Source: Clostridia bacterium
Lineage (GTDB): Bacteria > Bacillota > Clostridia > JAAYHZ01
Assembly (NCBI GenBank): GCA_050950825.1
Contig: JBMNIH010000009.1
Span: forward strand, 64,001-128,000
Length of the DNA stretch: 64,000 nucleotides
Direction of reading: 5' to 3'
Both the position numbers and the translations under genes were made by a program. The notes beneath the pieces are model-generated. The model made no database searches. It was not told where the DNA came from and saw only the letters and a program-made list of their open reading frames with translations. Each line of letters opens with the position of its first letter. Position 1 is the first letter of the stretch. Positions 46,854-57,753 of this stretch are shown here, piece by piece.

Positions 46854-48664
46854 AAAGTTCAAAATATGAAAAAATTGCATCAAGCGGAAAAGACAGCAAA
46901 GTAAAACTAAATAAAGATTCCCTTCGAAATATCATTCGATTTGCACTTCCTTATTGGCCTTGGTTTGCTCTGGCGTTTTTTCTGATCATTTGCATATCCG
47001 TAGCGGATATTTTACAGCCTCTCATTATTAAATATGCTATTGACGATAATATATCGCCCTATGTCGACGGTATACTGTCCGCCGATAAGGCCATAAGAAA
47101 TTTAGGTATTCTGGCTTTGATGTATGTCGGTTTATCCTTTATTCATTTTCTGTTCGGCTTTATTCAAGAATATACGCTGCAGAAAACCGGGTCTAAAATT
47201 ATTACGGAATTGCGTAAAAAAATGTTTAGCCATGTACAACGGCTGCCCTTTACCTATTTTGACAAAACACCGGTAGGAACCATCGTCACTCGTATATGCA
47301 ACGATACCAATGCCATCAGCGAATTTTATACCGGCGTTCTTATCAGCTTTTTCAAAGATATTTTTGTGATGATCGGCATTCTCGTTACCATGTTCATTAT
47401 GGATGTGAAGCTGACGTTGATTACCATCACCGTACTGCCTTTGATCGCCTTTGCATCCGTTACATTCCGATTAAAAGCCCGACAAGCCTTCTTTAACATT
47501 CGAACGAAAATGGCCGCTATTAACGCTTTCGTTGCGGAACATACGGCGGGAATGAAAATTATTCAGGCATTTAATATGGAGAAAAAGAAGGAAGAAGAAT
47601 TCGATCAAATCAACAACGAATATTACAAAGCCAATATGGAACGAATTAAGATTTTCGGCATTTTCCGTCCTTTCATGGATGTAGTGAAGTCCTTCTCCTT
47701 GGCCATTGTGATCTATGTGGGTGCGAAGGAAGTGGCAGGTGCGTCCATCGAAGTAGGCATTTTGTATCTGTTTATTCGTTATATCGGTAACTTCTTCCAA
47801 CCGATCATGAACCTGACGGAGATGTTTAATACGACCCAATCGGCGGTGGTTGCGGCGGACCGTATTACAACGGTATTCGAAACCAAGCCTGAAAGCGAGG
47901 AGGTACAAAGAGAACCGATTTTGACTCCGGAAAAATGCAAGGGACGTATCGAATTTGACCATGTTTGGTTTGCCTATATTGACGATCTTTGGGTATTAAA
48001 AGACGTTTCCTTTACGGTAGAGCCGGGCGAAAGTGTGGCCATTGTGGGAATGACCGGAGCGGGAAAGACCAGTATTATCAGCCTATTGTGCGGATTTTAC
48101 GAAATCCAAAAAGGAAGCATTCGTATAGACGGAGTGGATATTAAGGATATGACAAAGCAAGAACTCCGCAGGTTGGTAGGGATGGTTCGTCAAGACGTGT
48201 TTATGTTCTCGGGTAGCATTCTTCACAACATTACGCTGGGAAACGAGGATATTACATTTGACCGGGTGCAAGAAGCCGCAGTTTTAACCAATGCCCATGA
48301 GTTTATAAAGGATTTGCCGGGACAATACGATTTTCAATTGAATGAAGGCGGATCCATTTTGTCCGAAGGTCAAAGGCAATTGATTTCCTTTGCAAGAGCC
48401 ATCGTAACCGATCCTAAAATTTTAGTACTGGATGAAGCGACTTCGAACATCGACAGCGAAACGGAAAGACTGATCCAAGATGCGTTGGTGAAGCTGATGC
48501 GGAATCGAAGTTCAATTTCCATCGCACACCGGTTGTCAACCATACAAAATTCTGATAAAATAATAGTTCTAAATAACGGAAGAATTATGGAGCAGGGAAC
48601 ACATGATGAGTTGTTCGAGATGCGCGGATTGTACTATGATTTATACAACTTGCAGTTTGAATAA
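46850..48664 (+). CDS. ABC exporter subunit (TMD-NBD, YheH-like)
   Basis: GMTGAGKT, LSEGQRQ, LDEATSNID; ATGA overlap; heterodimer partner. Confidence 0.93.
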   Translation: MKSSKYEKIASSGKDSKVKLNKDSLRNIIRFALPYWPWFALAFFLIICISVADILQPLIIKYAIDDNISPYVDGILSADKAIRNLGILALMYVGLSFIHFLFGFIQEYTLQKTGSKIITELRKKMFSHVQRLPFTYFDKTPVGTIVTRICNDTNAISEFYTGVLISFFKDIFVMIGILVTMFIMDVKLTLITITVLPLIAFASVTFRLKARQAFFNIRTKMAAINAFVAEHTAGMKIIQAFNMEKKKEEEFDQINNEYYKANMERIKIFGIFRPFMDVVKSFSLAIVIYVGAKEVAGASIEVGILYLFIRYIGNFFQPIMNLTEMFNTTQSAVVAADRITTVFETKPESEEVQREPILTPEKCKGRIEFDHVWFAYIDDLWVLKDVSFTVEPGESVAIVGMTGAGKTSIISLLCGFYEIQKGSIRIDGVDIKDMTKQELRRLVGMVRQDVFMFSGSILHNITLGNEDITFDRVQEAAVLTNAHEFIKDLPGQYDFQLNEGGSILSEGQRQLISFARAIVTDPKILVLDEATSNIDSETERLIQDALVKLMRNRSSISIAHRLSTIQNSDKIIVLNNGRIMEQGTHDELFEMRGLYYDLYNLQFE

Positions 48665-48683
48665 TTCCCGACGGAAAACATTC

Positions 48684-48716
48684 GGAGGTTGTTTTCGGGC
48701 AACCTCTTTATTATTG
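48684..48716 (+). terminator. Intrinsic terminator after the ABC pair
   Basis: GAGGTTG-N8-CAACCTC followed by TTTATTATT. Confidence 0.6.
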
Positions 48717-48747
48717 TTATCGATATATATTGAAACGGAGTCTAGCT

Positions 48748-50292
48748 ATGCGTAAATTTCTTATACTTGTACTTATTCTATCTATTTTATTCGTTTGCTC
48801 TTGCAGTAAAATCTCTTATCTTCGTTATCTGGGTGACGACGATAATATCAAGGGGCTTCAGTATAGCCGCATCAAATTTATCGTATCCGAAGGGTTTATA
48901 AGAGGAGGCTTTTCGGATTACAGAGACCAAATGATTGAAGAGTTTAAAAAACTCGCTTTGGACAAAACCAACACGGAAATTACTTTTGTTTTCACCGAAG
49001 AATCGGTGTATGCGGAAACGCTGCAGATTCGTATCAACAGCGGACTTGAGTTCGATGTATTTATGGGATTTGAAAGCATCCAATCGGACCGTTTGCTGTC
49101 CTCCATGTTCAAGTCCTCAAGATATTGGATCGAAAAAGGCGTTGCCTTAGATCTGACGGATTACATTACGCCGAAATACGAAAATCTGTACAATCGTTTC
49201 GAAAAGTATCCGATTCTAAAAGAATTGGCGTCCTATAACGGAAGGATTTACTCCATCCCCAGCGGTATTCAAAGCTCCGAACGACCCTATATTCTTATTC
49301 GAGAAGATTTGAGGAAAAAATACGCATCGGGAAAACCTCTAGAAACCATGGAAGATTTGGCTTTGTTCATGGAAAGAGTCAATCAAGATTATCCGGACCA
49401 TCCTTTTTATATCAAAACCCATTTTACTTTCTATGACCTTATTGAATTCTTTGCTTGGGAAGAAGGCTACTACATTCTGCCCGGTGCTTACGTAGCCAAG
49501 ATCGATGATCCGAATATTACTCCTGTTCCCATCGAAGACACGATGATTATAGACCGAGCCGCATCCTTTTATGAAAGAGTATTCGATATCTTTTTTGAAT
49601 TGGATTCGTCGGTAGAAGTTTCTACGATTTTGGCGGCAGACAAAACGGCACTTTTCTTAAGCAAGAACCCGGAAGAATACCATTTTGAAACCGCCGGTTA
49701 TCATCCTTACGAATATACTTTTCAACAGCTATATCCTGATTCCGGGTATCATCTGAAAATTCCCGGAGAGCTCAGTTTGATGGTGTACAACGATTCGAAA
49801 AACAAAGAAAGAACATTGACCATATTGAACTGGTTAGGATCCAGCAACCAAGCTTATGATATTTTGTCCTACGGCTTGGAAGGAGTGAATTATGTTTACA
49901 AGGACAGGCTGTTTCAATTCAACGAGAAAACCGAACCGGCTTTAGGCTGGATGCAGCGTTTTAGCGGATTTCCCGAATTGGAAAAGAATTTTAAAACGGA
50001 TAAAACGCCTTATAGCGAAGTGTTAGAAAACAATATGCAAAGGGCGTATATCAATCCCTTCGACAGCTTATTGATTAAAAACTACGGGAACATGAACGTC
50101 TATTTGGATCAAACAAGGCAAGACGCAACGCTGTACGGAAGCCGTACCGCCATCGTATCTCGTTACGTGAGAAGCGCATCGAGAACCGGTAAAGTGGACT
50201 CGGAGGAATTCAAAAGAGAATTGGCTGAGCAGCAAAATGAAAACATTGAACAGCATTTGAAAGAATTAATAACCGTATTAAAAAACGGCTAA
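48748..50292 (+). CDS. Divergent solute-binding lipoprotein, no adjacent permease
   Basis: Signal peptide with lipobox-like CSC, ALDLTDYI, NGRIYSIP, IREDL, YGLEGVNY. Confidence 0.72.
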   Translation: MRKFLILVLILSILFVCSCSKISYLRYLGDDDNIKGLQYSRIKFIVSEGFIRGGFSDYRDQMIEEFKKLALDKTNTEITFVFTEESVYAETLQIRINSGLEFDVFMGFESIQSDRLLSSMFKSSRYWIEKGVALDLTDYITPKYENLYNRFEKYPILKELASYNGRIYSIPSGIQSSERPYILIREDLRKKYASGKPLETMEDLALFMERVNQDYPDHPFYIKTHFTFYDLIEFFAWEEGYYILPGAYVAKIDDPNITPVPIEDTMIIDRAASFYERVFDIFFELDSSVEVSTILAADKTALFLSKNPEEYHFETAGYHPYEYTFQQLYPDSGYHLKIPGELSLMVYNDSKNKERTLTILNWLGSSNQAYDILSYGLEGVNYVYKDRLFQFNEKTEPALGWMQRFSGFPELEKNFKTDKTPYSEVLENNMQRAYINPFDSLLIKNYGNMNVYLDQTRQDATLYGSRTAIVSRYVRSASRTGKVDSEEFKRELAEQQNENIEQHLKELITVLKNG

Positions 50293-50310
50293 TTTAGCCG
50301 TTTTTTAATA
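50276..50310. terminator. Bidirectional terminator
   Basis: TATTAAAAAACGGCTA-ATT-TAGCCGTTTTTTAATA between convergent genes. Confidence 0.8.
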
Positions 50311-50313
50311 TGA

Positions 50314-51126
50314 TTACATGTCCGATTCCTCGGTTTTGATATACAATTTCCGGTCGCCGGCGTATTTTTTAATGGCGTTGTAGGAATACAAAAATGCGGC
50401 GAGGATGAAAATATAATCCCAAAATACGATATTCAGCTTCAATATGGTTAGGATTGTTCCGACCACCGTAGGCAGCGTGATGGCGTGGCAGCACACACGG
50501 AATATGGATTTTCTGTCCAGATTGATTCTTTTTATCATGACGTAAATAATGGAGATGAAATGTACGATGTAGCATGCCAAAACTTTAACGCCTAACCCGA
50601 AAACCATCATATATATAGTTAAGACCGGTATGAGGGTTAAGAAAAACTTACCGAAGCGCTGCGTAATATTCTCTTTTGTCAATGTGAACATGGATAAGCT
50701 TTCAAGCGGAATGGTATTGTAAGCCGTTACGGTTTTTTGAATCAATTCCGTTTCCGTCAATAAAATGGCAAGGGGATAATAACTGAGATCACTTTTTCGA
50801 TACCCGTTCACGGGATCGATGATTACAATCATTCCGATGTCCTTGTTCTCATACACCACATGATACGTATCGGAATCCATCCGAAGCTTTCCGTCTTTAA
50901 TTTCAAAGTAGGGGAGCTGTTCCGTGTTTTGGAAGATCTCTTCTACAACGGTTTTATACTGAAAGATACCGGGTAAAGTGGAGATGAAAAAGAAAAACAA
51001 ACTGACAATGATCAAATAACCGAATGCTTTGCCTGTGGTTTGGTGTATAAAATGCTTGTAATAGTCGAAATCCGTTATGCTTTTATAAAAAGAAACGAAT
51101 ATGTTTCCTTGTTTGGAACTTTCCAT
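50314..51126 (-). CDS. DUF1189-like membrane protein
   Basis: GKAFGYL, LPYFEIKDGKL, HAITLPT; AAGGAG RBS before ATG 51126. Confidence 0.72.
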   Translation of the reverse strand: MESSKQGNIFVSFYKSITDFDYYKHFIHQTTGKAFGYLIIVSLFFFFISTLPGIFQYKTVVEEIFQNTEQLPYFEIKDGKLRMDSDTYHVVYENKDIGMIVIIDPVNGYRKSDLSYYPLAILLTETELIQKTVTAYNTIPLESLSMFTLTKENITQRFGKFFLTLIPVLTIYMMVFGLGVKVLACYIVHFISIIYVMIKRINLDRKSIFRVCCHAITLPTVVGTILTILKLNIVFWDYIFILAAFLYSYNAIKKYAGDRKLYIKTEESDM

Positions 51127-51220
51127 AGCTGCTCCTTCATACTTTTGCGTTTCGTTAACGATATTATACATGAAGGCGTAAGGTTATACAATGAAAAAGA
51201 ACCGGTTAAAATCCGGTCGA

Positions 51221-51249
51221 TTGCCCTTGCTCTTTGATCGTGGTATAAT
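51221..51249 (+). promoter_or_regulatory. Sigma-A promoter upstream of the esterase and uvrB
   Basis: TTGCCC-N17-TATAAT with extended TG. Confidence 0.55.
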
Positions 51250-51288
51250 TTTTTCCGTAATATATAAACGGATGGAGGATTTGCCGTT

Positions 51289-52068
51289 ATGAAATTATGG
51301 GATAAGATACCGGGACTCATCGAGGGAGATCAATTTGAACCTGCCATTACACCTTATATTATCAAAGACAATACGAAGCATTCCGGGGTTGTGGTTTGCC
51401 CGGGGGGTGGCTACGTAGGAAGAGCATACCATGAAGGAGAACCCGTAGCCTGCTGGCTGAATTCTATCGGCATCAACGCCTTTGTTTTGGATTACCGCAC
51501 AGCGCCTTATCGGTATCCTTATCCTCAAATGGACGCCGTAAGAGCCATTCAGCTTGTTCGTCGTCATGCCGAGGAATTCGGTACAAATAAAGACAAAATC
51601 GGAATTTTGGGATTTTCGGCAGGCGGACATTTGGCGGCTTTTGTAACCGTCCATCGATTGAAGGAGTTGTCTTTAGACGACGAAATCGGCAAGATCGACT
51701 GTCGGCCGAACTTTTGCATTCTCGGTTATCCGGTTATTCTTATGGATCGGTTGGGACATGCGGGAAGTAAAAGAAATCTGTTGGGAGACAATCCCGATCC
51801 GACGCTTACGGAGCTCTGCTCTCTTGAAAAACAAGTGACACCGGATACGCCTCCCGTCTTTTTATGGCATACCGCGGAAGACGCAGGGGTACCGGTGGAA
51901 AATAGTCTGTTTTTCGCAGCCGCTTTATCCCGTAATAAAATACCTTTTGAATGCCACATATTCCAAAAGGGCAGACACGGTTTGGGTATCAAATACGAAG
52001 TGCCGGAGGTTCGCACTTGGATGGATTTATGTGAAAAGTGGTTGATTCAAAACGGTTTCACCGGTTAA
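51289..52068 (+). CDS. Alpha/beta hydrolase (acetyl/feruloyl esterase-like)
   Basis: [15 protein letters not shown] nucleophile elbow, [13 protein letters not shown]. Confidence 0.9.
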   Translation: MKLWDKIPGLIEGDQFEPAITPYIIKDNTKHSGVVVCPGGGYVGRAYHEGEPVACWLNSIGINAFVLDYRTAPYRYPYPQMDAVRAIQLVRRHAEEFGTNKDKIGILGFSAGGHLAAFVTVHRLKELSLDDEIGKIDCRPNFCILGYPVILMDRLGHAGSKRNLLGDNPDPTLTELCSLEKQVTPDTPPVFLWHTAEDAGVPVENSLFFAAALSRNKIPFECHIFQKGRHGLGIKYEVPEVRTWMDLCEKWLIQNGFTG

Positions 52069-52075
52069 GTTAGAG

Positions 52076-54118
52076 ATGAATAATAAAATTTTAAGACAGG
52101 CACGAAGAAAAATGTTGGAAAAAGAATTTAAATTGGTATCGGAATATACTCCTAGAGGGGATCAACCCCAAGCCATCGAAAAGCTAACGGAAGGTATTCT
52201 TAAGGGGAAAAAGCACCAAACGCTTTTAGGAGTAACCGGATCCGGTAAAACCTTTACCATGGCCAATGTTATACAGAACGTTCAAAAGCCTACATTGGTT
52301 ATTGCGCATAACAAAACCTTAGCGGCGCAATTGTATATGGAATTCAAAGAATTTTTCCCGGAGAATTGCGTCGAGTACTTTGTCAGCTATTACGATTACT
52401 ACCAACCGGAAGCGTATATTCCTGCTACGGATACCTATATCGAAAAGGATTCGTCCATTAACGACGAAATTGACAAGCTGCGCCACTCGGCAACCGCCGC
52501 TCTTTTCGAAAGAAGAGACGTCATTATTGTAGCCTCCGTATCTTGCATATACGGCTTGGGAGATCCGGAGGACTACACCACCTTGATGCAGTCTTTACGA
52601 GTGGGCATGACATATGACCGAGATCAAATCATAAGAAAGCTGATCGATATTCAATACACAAGAAATGAAATCGATTTTAAGCGTGGAACCTTCCGGGTAA
52701 GGGGAGACGTGCTGGAAATTTTCCCTGCCTCTTCTTCCGGGGAAGTGATTCGTGTAGAATTTTTCGGTGATGAAATCGATAAAATATGCATGATCGACTA
52801 TTTGACAGGAGAAATATTAGGTACGACCAACCATGCGGCGATTTTTCCCGCATCTCACTATTCCACGACCTCATGGAAAATGGAACGAGCCATAGAGAGT
52901 ATTAAGGCAGAGCTTGCGGAACAGATTCAAAAATTTAAAGAGGAAAACAAACTGCTGGAGGCCCAAAGGATCGAGCAAAGGACCCGATATGATTTGGAAA
53001 TGCTCAAGCAGACCGGCTTTTGCTCCGGAATCGAAAACTACTCCCGGCATATAAGCGGAAGGGAGCCCGGATCGCCTCCCTATACCTTGTTGGACTATTT
53101 TCCGAAGGATTATTTGCTCATCATTGACGAGTCTCACGTTACCATTCCTCAAATCGGCGCCATGTACAAAGGAGACAAGGCTCGAAAGGATTCCTTGGTC
53201 ACTTACGGTTTTCGCTTGCCTTCCGCCTATGATAACAGGCCTTTGAAATTTCATGAGTTTGAGGAGAAGGTAAACCAAGCCATATACGTCAGTGCAACTC
53301 CTTCCGATTACGAGAGGGAAAAGTGCCCCGTATTCGTGGAACAGATTATTCGGCCTACCGGGCTGGTGGACCCGGAAATCGTAGTGAAACCGGTCAAAGG
53401 CCAAATCGACGATTTAACCGAAGAGATTCGGAGAACCGTAGAAAAAGGGTATCGGGTATTGGTGACTACATTAACCAAAAGAATGGCGGAGGATTTGACC
53501 GACTATTTGGACGAGGCGGGTATCAATGTCCGCTATCTCCATTCGGATATCGCCACCCTTGAACGAACGGAAATCATCGCCGATCTTCGAAAAGGCGAGT
53601 TTGATGTCTTGGTGGGTATTAATTTGCTTCGAGAAGGATTGGACTTGCCGGAGGTGGCTTTGGTTGCCATTTTGGATGCGGACAAGGAAGGATTTTTACG
53701 TTCGGAGACCTCTTTAATACAAACCGTCGGCCGTGCCGCAAGAAACGCAGAAGGAAGGGTGGTTATGTATGCGGATACCATTACCGGATCTATGGAACGT
53801 GCCATAAGCGAAACCAAACGTAGAAGAAAACTTCAATTGGAGTATAATAGAAAGCATAATATAACGCCGAAAACCATACAGAAGAATATTCGGGAAGCCA
53901 TTCGAGCAAGTATCGCCGCAGAACCCGAGGAAGTATACGACATTGAAAGAAGAATCGCCGAGAAAATTGACATGGGGAATAAGCAGGACTTGATTAACCA
54001 ATTGAAGAAGCAAATGAAGGAAGCCGCCGCCAATCTTAATTTTGAATTGGCGGCACAACTGCGAGATAAAATTAGGGATTTGGAGGAAGACAAGCCTTTA
54101 AGGATAAATAAACGTTGA
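52076..54118 (+). CDS. uvrB: Excinuclease ABC subunit B
   Basis: [32 protein letters not shown]; alternative start 52112. Confidence 0.98.
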   Translation: MNNKILRQARRKMLEKEFKLVSEYTPRGDQPQAIEKLTEGILKGKKHQTLLGVTGSGKTFTMANVIQNVQKPTLVIAHNKTLAAQLYMEFKEFFPENCVEYFVSYYDYYQPEAYIPATDTYIEKDSSINDEIDKLRHSATAALFERRDVIIVASVSCIYGLGDPEDYTTLMQSLRVGMTYDRDQIIRKLIDIQYTRNEIDFKRGTFRVRGDVLEIFPASSSGEVIRVEFFGDEIDKICMIDYLTGEILGTTNHAAIFPASHYSTTSWKMERAIESIKAELAEQIQKFKEENKLLEAQRIEQRTRYDLEMLKQTGFCSGIENYSRHISGREPGSPPYTLLDYFPKDYLLIIDESHVTIPQIGAMYKGDKARKDSLVTYGFRLPSAYDNRPLKFHEFEEKVNQAIYVSATPSDYEREKCPVFVEQIIRPTGLVDPEIVVKPVKGQIDDLTEEIRRTVEKGYRVLVTTLTKRMAEDLTDYLDEAGINVRYLHSDIATLERTEIIADLRKGEFDVLVGINLLREGLDLPEVALVAILDADKEGFLRSETSLIQTVGRAARNAEGRVVMYADTITGSMERAISETKRRRKLQLEYNRKHNITPKTIQKNIREAIRASIAAEPEEVYDIERRIAEKIDMGNKQDLINQLKKQMKEAAANLNFELAAQLRDKIRDLEEDKPLRINKR

Positions 54119-54152
54119 AGAAGGAAATATAAAGCAAACGGAGGTTTCCAAA

Positions 54153-55226
54153 ATGAGCGAATCGAATTTTCTCTCCTATGATAAGAAGGATCTATTGAGT
54201 AAATGCGCCAACATGAGCCAAATGGCCGGTATTACGCCTTTTATGTATACGGAAGGGAAGGCGGCAGGCTTGAAAGCCTTCGAGGTGGAAACAGGCGGCG
54301 GACTGAATTACATCGTACTGCAGGACAAATGCTTGGATATTTTTAAGGTGAAATACAAAGGAATCAACATCAGCTTTGTATCCAAGGCCGGATTGGTTCA
54401 TCCTCACTATTACAATCCCGACCCTGCGGAATTTACTAAAAATTTTCAAGGAGGAATGCTCTTTACTTGCGGCTTATCCAACGTAGGATCTCCTTGTATA
54501 ATTGACGGAGTACAATATACCCAACACGGAACGATCCATGCGGTTCCCGCTTCCCGGGTAAGCGCTTCGGCCAAATGGATTTATGATAAATATATTATGG
54601 AAATATCCGGTGAGATGGCGGAAAGCCGTTTATTCGGGGAGAACTTGATTCTTAACAGAACCTTGACCTCCGAATTCGGTGGAAAATATGTCAAGATCAA
54701 CGACTCTTTGACAAATCACGGCTTCGAAACCCAAGAATTCATGATATTATACCATTTCAATTTCGGTTATCCTTTCTTGTCCGAAGACACCGAACTCGTC
54801 CTTCCGAATTGCTCTTCCGTTCCGAGAGACGAAGAAGCGGCAAAAGGAATAAAAAGCTTTAAAACCTTTGAAAACCCGGTAGACGGGTACAAGGAACAGG
54901 TTTTCTATCACGACTTAACCGCCGATGACAACGGTTACGTAACGGTTTTAGTTAAAAATGAAAAACTCGGGTTCGGAGTTTATTTATCCTACAAAAAAGA
55001 ATCCTTGGACCGATTCATCCAATGGAAATCCATGAAAACCGGAGATTATGCGTTAGGACTGGAGCCCTCCAATTGCTACGTGGGCGGAAGGGCTGCCGAA
55101 ATGTCTTCCGAAAAAGGCTTAAAAAAGATTGAGCCTATGGAAAAAATCGATTTCGAGCTTACCCTCGGCATCGTGGATGCAGGAGAAGAAATGGAGCGGC
55201 TGGAGAAGAAATTGATGAAAGGATAA
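54153..55226 (+). CDS. Aldose 1-epimerase family protein (DUF4432)
   Basis: GGMLFTCGLSNVG, HG, YHFNFGYPF, QWK, YALGLEP. Confidence 0.85.
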   Translation: MSESNFLSYDKKDLLSKCANMSQMAGITPFMYTEGKAAGLKAFEVETGGGLNYIVLQDKCLDIFKVKYKGINISFVSKAGLVHPHYYNPDPAEFTKNFQGGMLFTCGLSNVGSPCIIDGVQYTQHGTIHAVPASRVSASAKWIYDKYIMEISGEMAESRLFGENLILNRTLTSEFGGKYVKINDSLTNHGFETQEFMILYHFNFGYPFLSEDTELVLPNCSSVPRDEEAAKGIKSFKTFENPVDGYKEQVFYHDLTADDNGYVTVLVKNEKLGFGVYLSYKKESLDRFIQWKSMKTGDYALGLEPSNCYVGGRAAEMSSEKGLKKIEPMEKIDFELTLGIVDAGEEMERLEKKLMKG

Positions 55227-55296
55227 GGTCCGTAACCCTGTAACCAAATGTTGCCCGCGATAATATACTGAATTAGATTCGAATTTGGAGGTTATC

Positions 55297-55440
55297 ATGT
55301 TAGGCAAATTGTTACTTGGTAATATCGGATTGGATAATATTTTCGGCGGTAAAGATGACAATTCATGGTTAGTAATTGCCCTTGTTGTCATCGTGGTGAT
55401 TGCGCTGTTGTCGAGAGATAAAAAGAAGGAGTTTTGCTGA
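55297..55440 (+). CDS. Small single-pass membrane protein (47 aa), absent from the ORF track
   Basis: GGAGG RBS; MLGKLLLGNIGLDNIFGGKDDNSWLVIALVVIVVIALLSRDKKKEFC; hairpin downstream. Confidence 0.7.
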   Translation: MLGKLLLGNIGLDNIFGGKDDNSWLVIALVVIVVIALLSRDKKKEFC

Positions 55441-55472
55441 CCGAAAATAAGGAAATGAGGAAAAAACAAATG

Positions 55473-55506
55473 AGGGACTTTACCGTAGTGTGAAGTTCCG
55501 TTTTAT
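55473..55506 (+). terminator. Probable terminator after the small ORF
   Basis: GGACTTTAC / GTGAAGTTC stem followed by TTTTAT. Confidence 0.5.
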
Positions 55507-55531
55507 ATTCAAAAATTTCCCGTAAATTTAT

Positions 55532-55560
55532 TTGACAAACCTTTTATATTTGACTATAAT
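55532..55560 (+). promoter_or_regulatory. Consensus sigma-A promoter of the T-box leader
   Basis: TTGACA-N17-TATAAT. Confidence 0.9.
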
Positions 55561-55583
55561 GAAAAAAATATTTTATATAAATA

Positions 55584-55834
55584 AAGGCTGTGAACGTACA
55601 AAGTAGGCATAAAAAATCTCGACAGGGAGAAAAGTCGCGACTGAGAGCTTTTCAGGGCAAATTTTATGCTGAAATTTCATACGGGAGCCGCATTTCCGAA
55701 AGTCCATTAAGAAATGCCGGTCGACGGACCGTTAAACAAATGAGTGCCTGATGGCGCATCATGGATGCAAGTCAGGAATAAGAGTGGTACCGCGAATGAT
55801 GAACTTCGTCTCTTGAGACGAAGTTTTTTATTTT
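55584..55834 (+). ncRNA. T-box riboswitch, Phe (UUC) specifier
   Basis: GA motif, AGTA/GAA loop E, stem GGCATAAAA/TTTTATGCT, CTGAG apical loop, specifier TTC at 55676-55678, T-box AAGAGTGGTACCGCG, terminator AACTTCGTCTC-TT-GAGACGAAGTT with T run. Confidence 0.92.
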
Positions 55835-55881
55835 ATATTCATTTATTACGATTAATATACAAGGTATATTGGAGGGTTCAT

Positions 55882-57192
55882 ATGAATTGCTTTAATCCTA
55901 AATATGAATGCATGTCTAGGGAAGAAATGAGAAAGGTGCAATCGGAACGATTGATTAAAACCGTACACCGTGTTTATGAAAACGTGCCTTTTTACCGAAA
56001 GAAGATGGACGACATGGGTATTCTTCCCGGCGATATTAAGTCGGTGGACGATATTGTGAAGCTTCCTTTCACAACGAAACAGGACTTAAGAGATCATTAT
56101 CCTTTCGGGTTGTTCGCTGCACCGATGGAGGATGTTGTACGCATTCATGCTTCTTCCGGAACAACCGGAAAGCCGACGGTAGTAGGATACACGAAAAACG
56201 ATATTGAGATTTGGTCCGAAACCATGGCCCGTACTTTTGCTTGCGCCGGAGGAACCAATAAGGACATTATTCAAATCGCTTACGGTTACGGTTTGTTTAC
56301 GGGAGGCCTTGGAGCTCATTACGGCGCGGAAAAACTGGGAGCTGCCGTTGTGCCTATTTCCGCCGGAAATACGAAAAAGCAAATTATGCTGATGCAGGAT
56401 TTCGGAACTACCCTTGTGGCTTGTACTCCTTCTTACGTCCTTTTCATAGCCGAAACCATGGAAGAAATGGGTATTGATCCGAAGAGCCTGAAATTAAAGG
56501 CGGGATGCTTCGGTGCCGAACCGTGGACCGACCTTATGAGAAAAGAAATTGAAAACAAGCTGGGTATCCTGGCAATTGATATATACGGCTTAAGTGAAAT
56601 CATCGGACCCGGTGTTTCTTCCGAATGTCCGGTTCAATGCGGGTTGCATGTGAACGAGGATCATTACATACCGGAAATTATTGATCCGAATACATTGGAA
56701 CCTCTGGGAGAAGGTCAGCAGGGAGAATTGGTATTTACCACCGTTACCAAAGAAGCTCTCCCGCTTCTGCGATACAGAACCCGAGACATTTCTTCTCTTC
56801 ACTACGGAGCTTGCGATTGCGGAAGAACCTTGGTGCGCATGTCTCGCGTAACCGGAAGAACCGACGATATGCTGATTATTCGCGGAGTCAACGTATTTCC
56901 GTCCCAAATCGAAAGCGTATTGTTGGATATGGGTTATACGACACCTCATTATCAAATCATTGTCGACCGGAAAGGGTCTTTGGATATGTTGGAAATCCAA
57001 GTTGAAATGACGCAGGAGCTGTTTTCCGATCAGGTTCGAAAGCTGGAAGACATAGAAAAGAAATTAAGACTGAATCTTGAAAGCATATTGGGTCTATCCG
57101 CTAAAATTACCTTGGTAGAACCGAAGACCATACAAAGAAGCGAAGGAAAAGCCAAGAGGGTCATCGACCTACGAAAAGAAAGAATCATTTAA
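55882..57192 (+). CDS. paaK: Phenylacetate-CoA ligase family protein
   Basis: [54 protein letters not shown]; GGAGG RBS before ATG 55882. Confidence 0.92.
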   Translation: MNCFNPKYECMSREEMRKVQSERLIKTVHRVYENVPFYRKKMDDMGILPGDIKSVDDIVKLPFTTKQDLRDHYPFGLFAAPMEDVVRIHASSGTTGKPTVVGYTKNDIEIWSETMARTFACAGGTNKDIIQIAYGYGLFTGGLGAHYGAEKLGAAVVPISAGNTKKQIMLMQDFGTTLVACTPSYVLFIAETMEEMGIDPKSLKLKAGCFGAEPWTDLMRKEIENKLGILAIDIYGLSEIIGPGVSSECPVQCGLHVNEDHYIPEIIDPNTLEPLGEGQQGELVFTTVTKEALPLLRYRTRDISSLHYGACDCGRTLVRMSRVTGRTDDMLIIRGVNVFPSQIESVLLDMGYTTPHYQIIVDRKGSLDMLEIQVEMTQELFSDQVRKLEDIEKKLRLNLESILGLSAKITLVEPKTIQRSEGKAKRVIDLRKERII

Positions 57193-57304
57193 ATAAAAAA
57201 GAACCGATAAATCGACTCAAACGGAAAAGGCAAAATGGATATATTTTCATTATACCCGATATATGATATAATGGAAGTGTCCAAAATGTCCAAGGAGGTA
57301 TGTA

Positions 57305-57736
57305 ATGTTGGTAAAGCAAGTTTCTGTCTTTCTGGAAAACAAGAGGGGTAGAGTCGAAAAGGTTACAAGATGTCTGGCCGAAGAAGGAATAAATATTCGA
57401 GCGTTGTCGATAGCGGATACCTCCGACTTCGGAATTTTGAGAATGATTGTTAATGATCCTGATCGAGCCGCCAAAGTGCTGAGAGATAACGGATTTACCG
57501 TTACAATCACCGATGTAATTGCATTAACGGTAGAAGACCAACCGGGTGGATTGGCAAAAGCCTTGTCGGTCATCGGGAAGAATAATATAGAAATAGAGTA
57601 CATTTATGCGTTTATCGGAAGCAGCAAAGGAAAAGCCCAAGTGGTCATTCGGACGGAGATGCCGGAATTATCCACAAAGCTGTTGGAAGAAGCCGGATTT
57701 GAGATCTTGGATTCGATCCATGCGTACGCTTTGTAA
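57305..57736 (+). CDS. Tandem ACT-domain protein
   Basis: KQVSVFLENK.G, INIRALSIADTSDFGILR, DQPGGL, IEYIYAF. Confidence 0.9.
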   Translation: MLVKQVSVFLENKRGRVEKVTRCLAEEGINIRALSIADTSDFGILRMIVNDPDRAAKVLRDNGFTVTITDVIALTVEDQPGGLAKALSVIGKNNIEIEYIYAFIGSSKGKAQVVIRTEMPELSTKLLEEAGFEILDSIHAYAL

Positions 57737-57753
57737 TCCGGAGGTCTTTACGA

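Noticed and set aside
51180-52112. LexA box for uvrB
   Set aside because: No convincing GAAC-N4-GTTC match found in the upstream regions
55744-55881. 46-aa N-terminal extension of PaaK in the ORF track
   Set aside because: It overlaps the T-box antiterminator and terminator; the RBS supports ATG 55882
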